In this document: piece by piece, positions 34,920 through 35,397 of the stretch
How positions within the stretch are numbered: position 1 is the stretch's first letter
Layout of the letters: each line of letters starts with the position of its first letter
IMG/VR virus record: IMGVR_UViG_3300022738_000050
Span: 1-35,397 of that record
Length of the DNA: 35,397 bases
Source of the DNA: a virus
Taxonomy: Duplodnaviria; Caudoviricetes
Reading direction: 5' to 3' (one strand)
Position numbers and translations under genes: made by a program
Notes under the pieces: generated by a model
Databases searched by the model: none
Told to the model about the DNA's origin: nothing
Seen by the model: the letters and a program-made list of their open reading frames with translations, nothing else

Positions 34920-35083
34920 ATCTGCACTTCACATCTAGTCTTAAAGTAATAATCCCCATCGTCCAGCCGAATAAAATCCTTCGTATGTTCAACGATTTTA
35001 CCACCTCCGATCAATTCACCGTTCTGCCACACCTCGACAATCAGGCCATGTAAAAAGGCGTGATTAATTACTTTGACATCCAT
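34913..35083 (-). CDS. 56-aa small beta-barrel (YolD-like) protein
   Basis: MDVKVINHAFLHGLIVEVWQNGELIGGGKIVEHTKDFIRLDDGDYYFKTRCEVQIK; AGGAGG RBS; absent from the ORF track. Confidence 0.7.
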   Translation of the reverse strand: MDVKVINHAFLHGLIVEVWQNGELIGGGKIVEHTKDFIRLDDGDYYFKTRCEVQIK

Positions 35084-35137
35084 ACGTTACCCTCCTGATT
35101 ATAATTTCGATATATGGAAATACTTCTCCTGTTGTGG

Positions 35138-35151
35138 GGAACTAACGTTCG
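35138..35151. promoter_or_regulatory. LexA box
   Basis: GGAAC-TAAC-GTTCG directly upstream of TATAAT (35155-35160); imperfect second box CAAC-AAAC-GTTC at 35163-35174. Confidence 0.75.
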
Positions 35152-35202
35152 TATTATAATACCAACAAACGTTCTTTTTTTTTGGGGGGGGGGGCGGACG
35201 GC

Positions 35203-35397
35203 GTGGAAGAGTACCTGATCATTGCCCATAATTTTAAGGTTCCGGTCGATGTTATTCTTTCCGGACGGCATGTAATCGGCATGGTTGAGAAAATCGACGA
35301 GTATGGTCGCGTGAAGATCAAGGGCAGATGGTATCCAATGGATAGATTGGAGTGGTATCTCTGCAATGAGCACGAAAATGATGGGACGCGTCACTAG
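35203..35397 (+). CDS. 64-aa YolD-like SOS-regulated protein
   Basis: GTG start after G11 tract; VIGMVEKIDEYGRVKI; LexA box upstream; prophage-end position. Confidence 0.6.
   Translation: MEEYLIIAHNFKVPVDVILSGRHVIGMVEKIDEYGRVKIKGRWYPMDRLEWYLCNEHENDGTRH

Larger units (their letters stand above)
1..35397. mobile_element. Temperate prophage (lambda-like head/packaging, P2-like contractile tail); att sites not visible in window
   Basis: Ordered modules: integrase, immunity, early/replication, terminase, portal, capsid, sheath/tube/baseplate, lysis, morons. Confidence 0.97.

Noticed and set aside
1-35397. attL/attR, tRNA genes, arbitrium genes
   Set aside because: The window starts at the integrase stop and ends at a gene stop; no terminal direct repeat, tRNA or aimR/aimP-like genes were seen

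Overview
The window is an essentially complete temperate prophage of a Bacillota host; gene style suggests Paenibacillaceae (inference). The att sites lie outside the window. Left to right: (1) tyrosine integrase with a LexA box, ImmA/IrrE-type protease, ImmR-type repressor, a divergent Cro-like gene and repeated operators; (2) a ~3 kb array of four convergent, 3'-overlapping small-gene pairs bounded by repeated boxB/boxA-like and promoter-like elements; (3) an excisionase-like HTH gene interrupted by a stop; (4) a replication module with no helicase or primase, containing an HUH rolling-circle-type initiator, RecU, a beta-clamp homologue, a DNA methyltransferase and an ASCH protein; (5) a late regulator, a lambda-like cosQ/cosN candidate, lambda GpA-type terminase, portal and a protease-capsid fusion; (6) a P2-like contractile tail with a -1 frameshift chaperone and an AT-richer receptor-binding module; (7) holin and a C39-peptidase endolysin; (8) an AT-rich STAS/GHKL kinase + DUF4325-like moron and two divergent small YolD-like genes. 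The strongest novelty candidates are the convergent-pair cassette array with its antitermination-like signals, the effector-less kinase/STAS pair, and the HUH Rep coupled to cos-type packaging. Family assignments come from motifs and synteny read by eye; no database searches were run.
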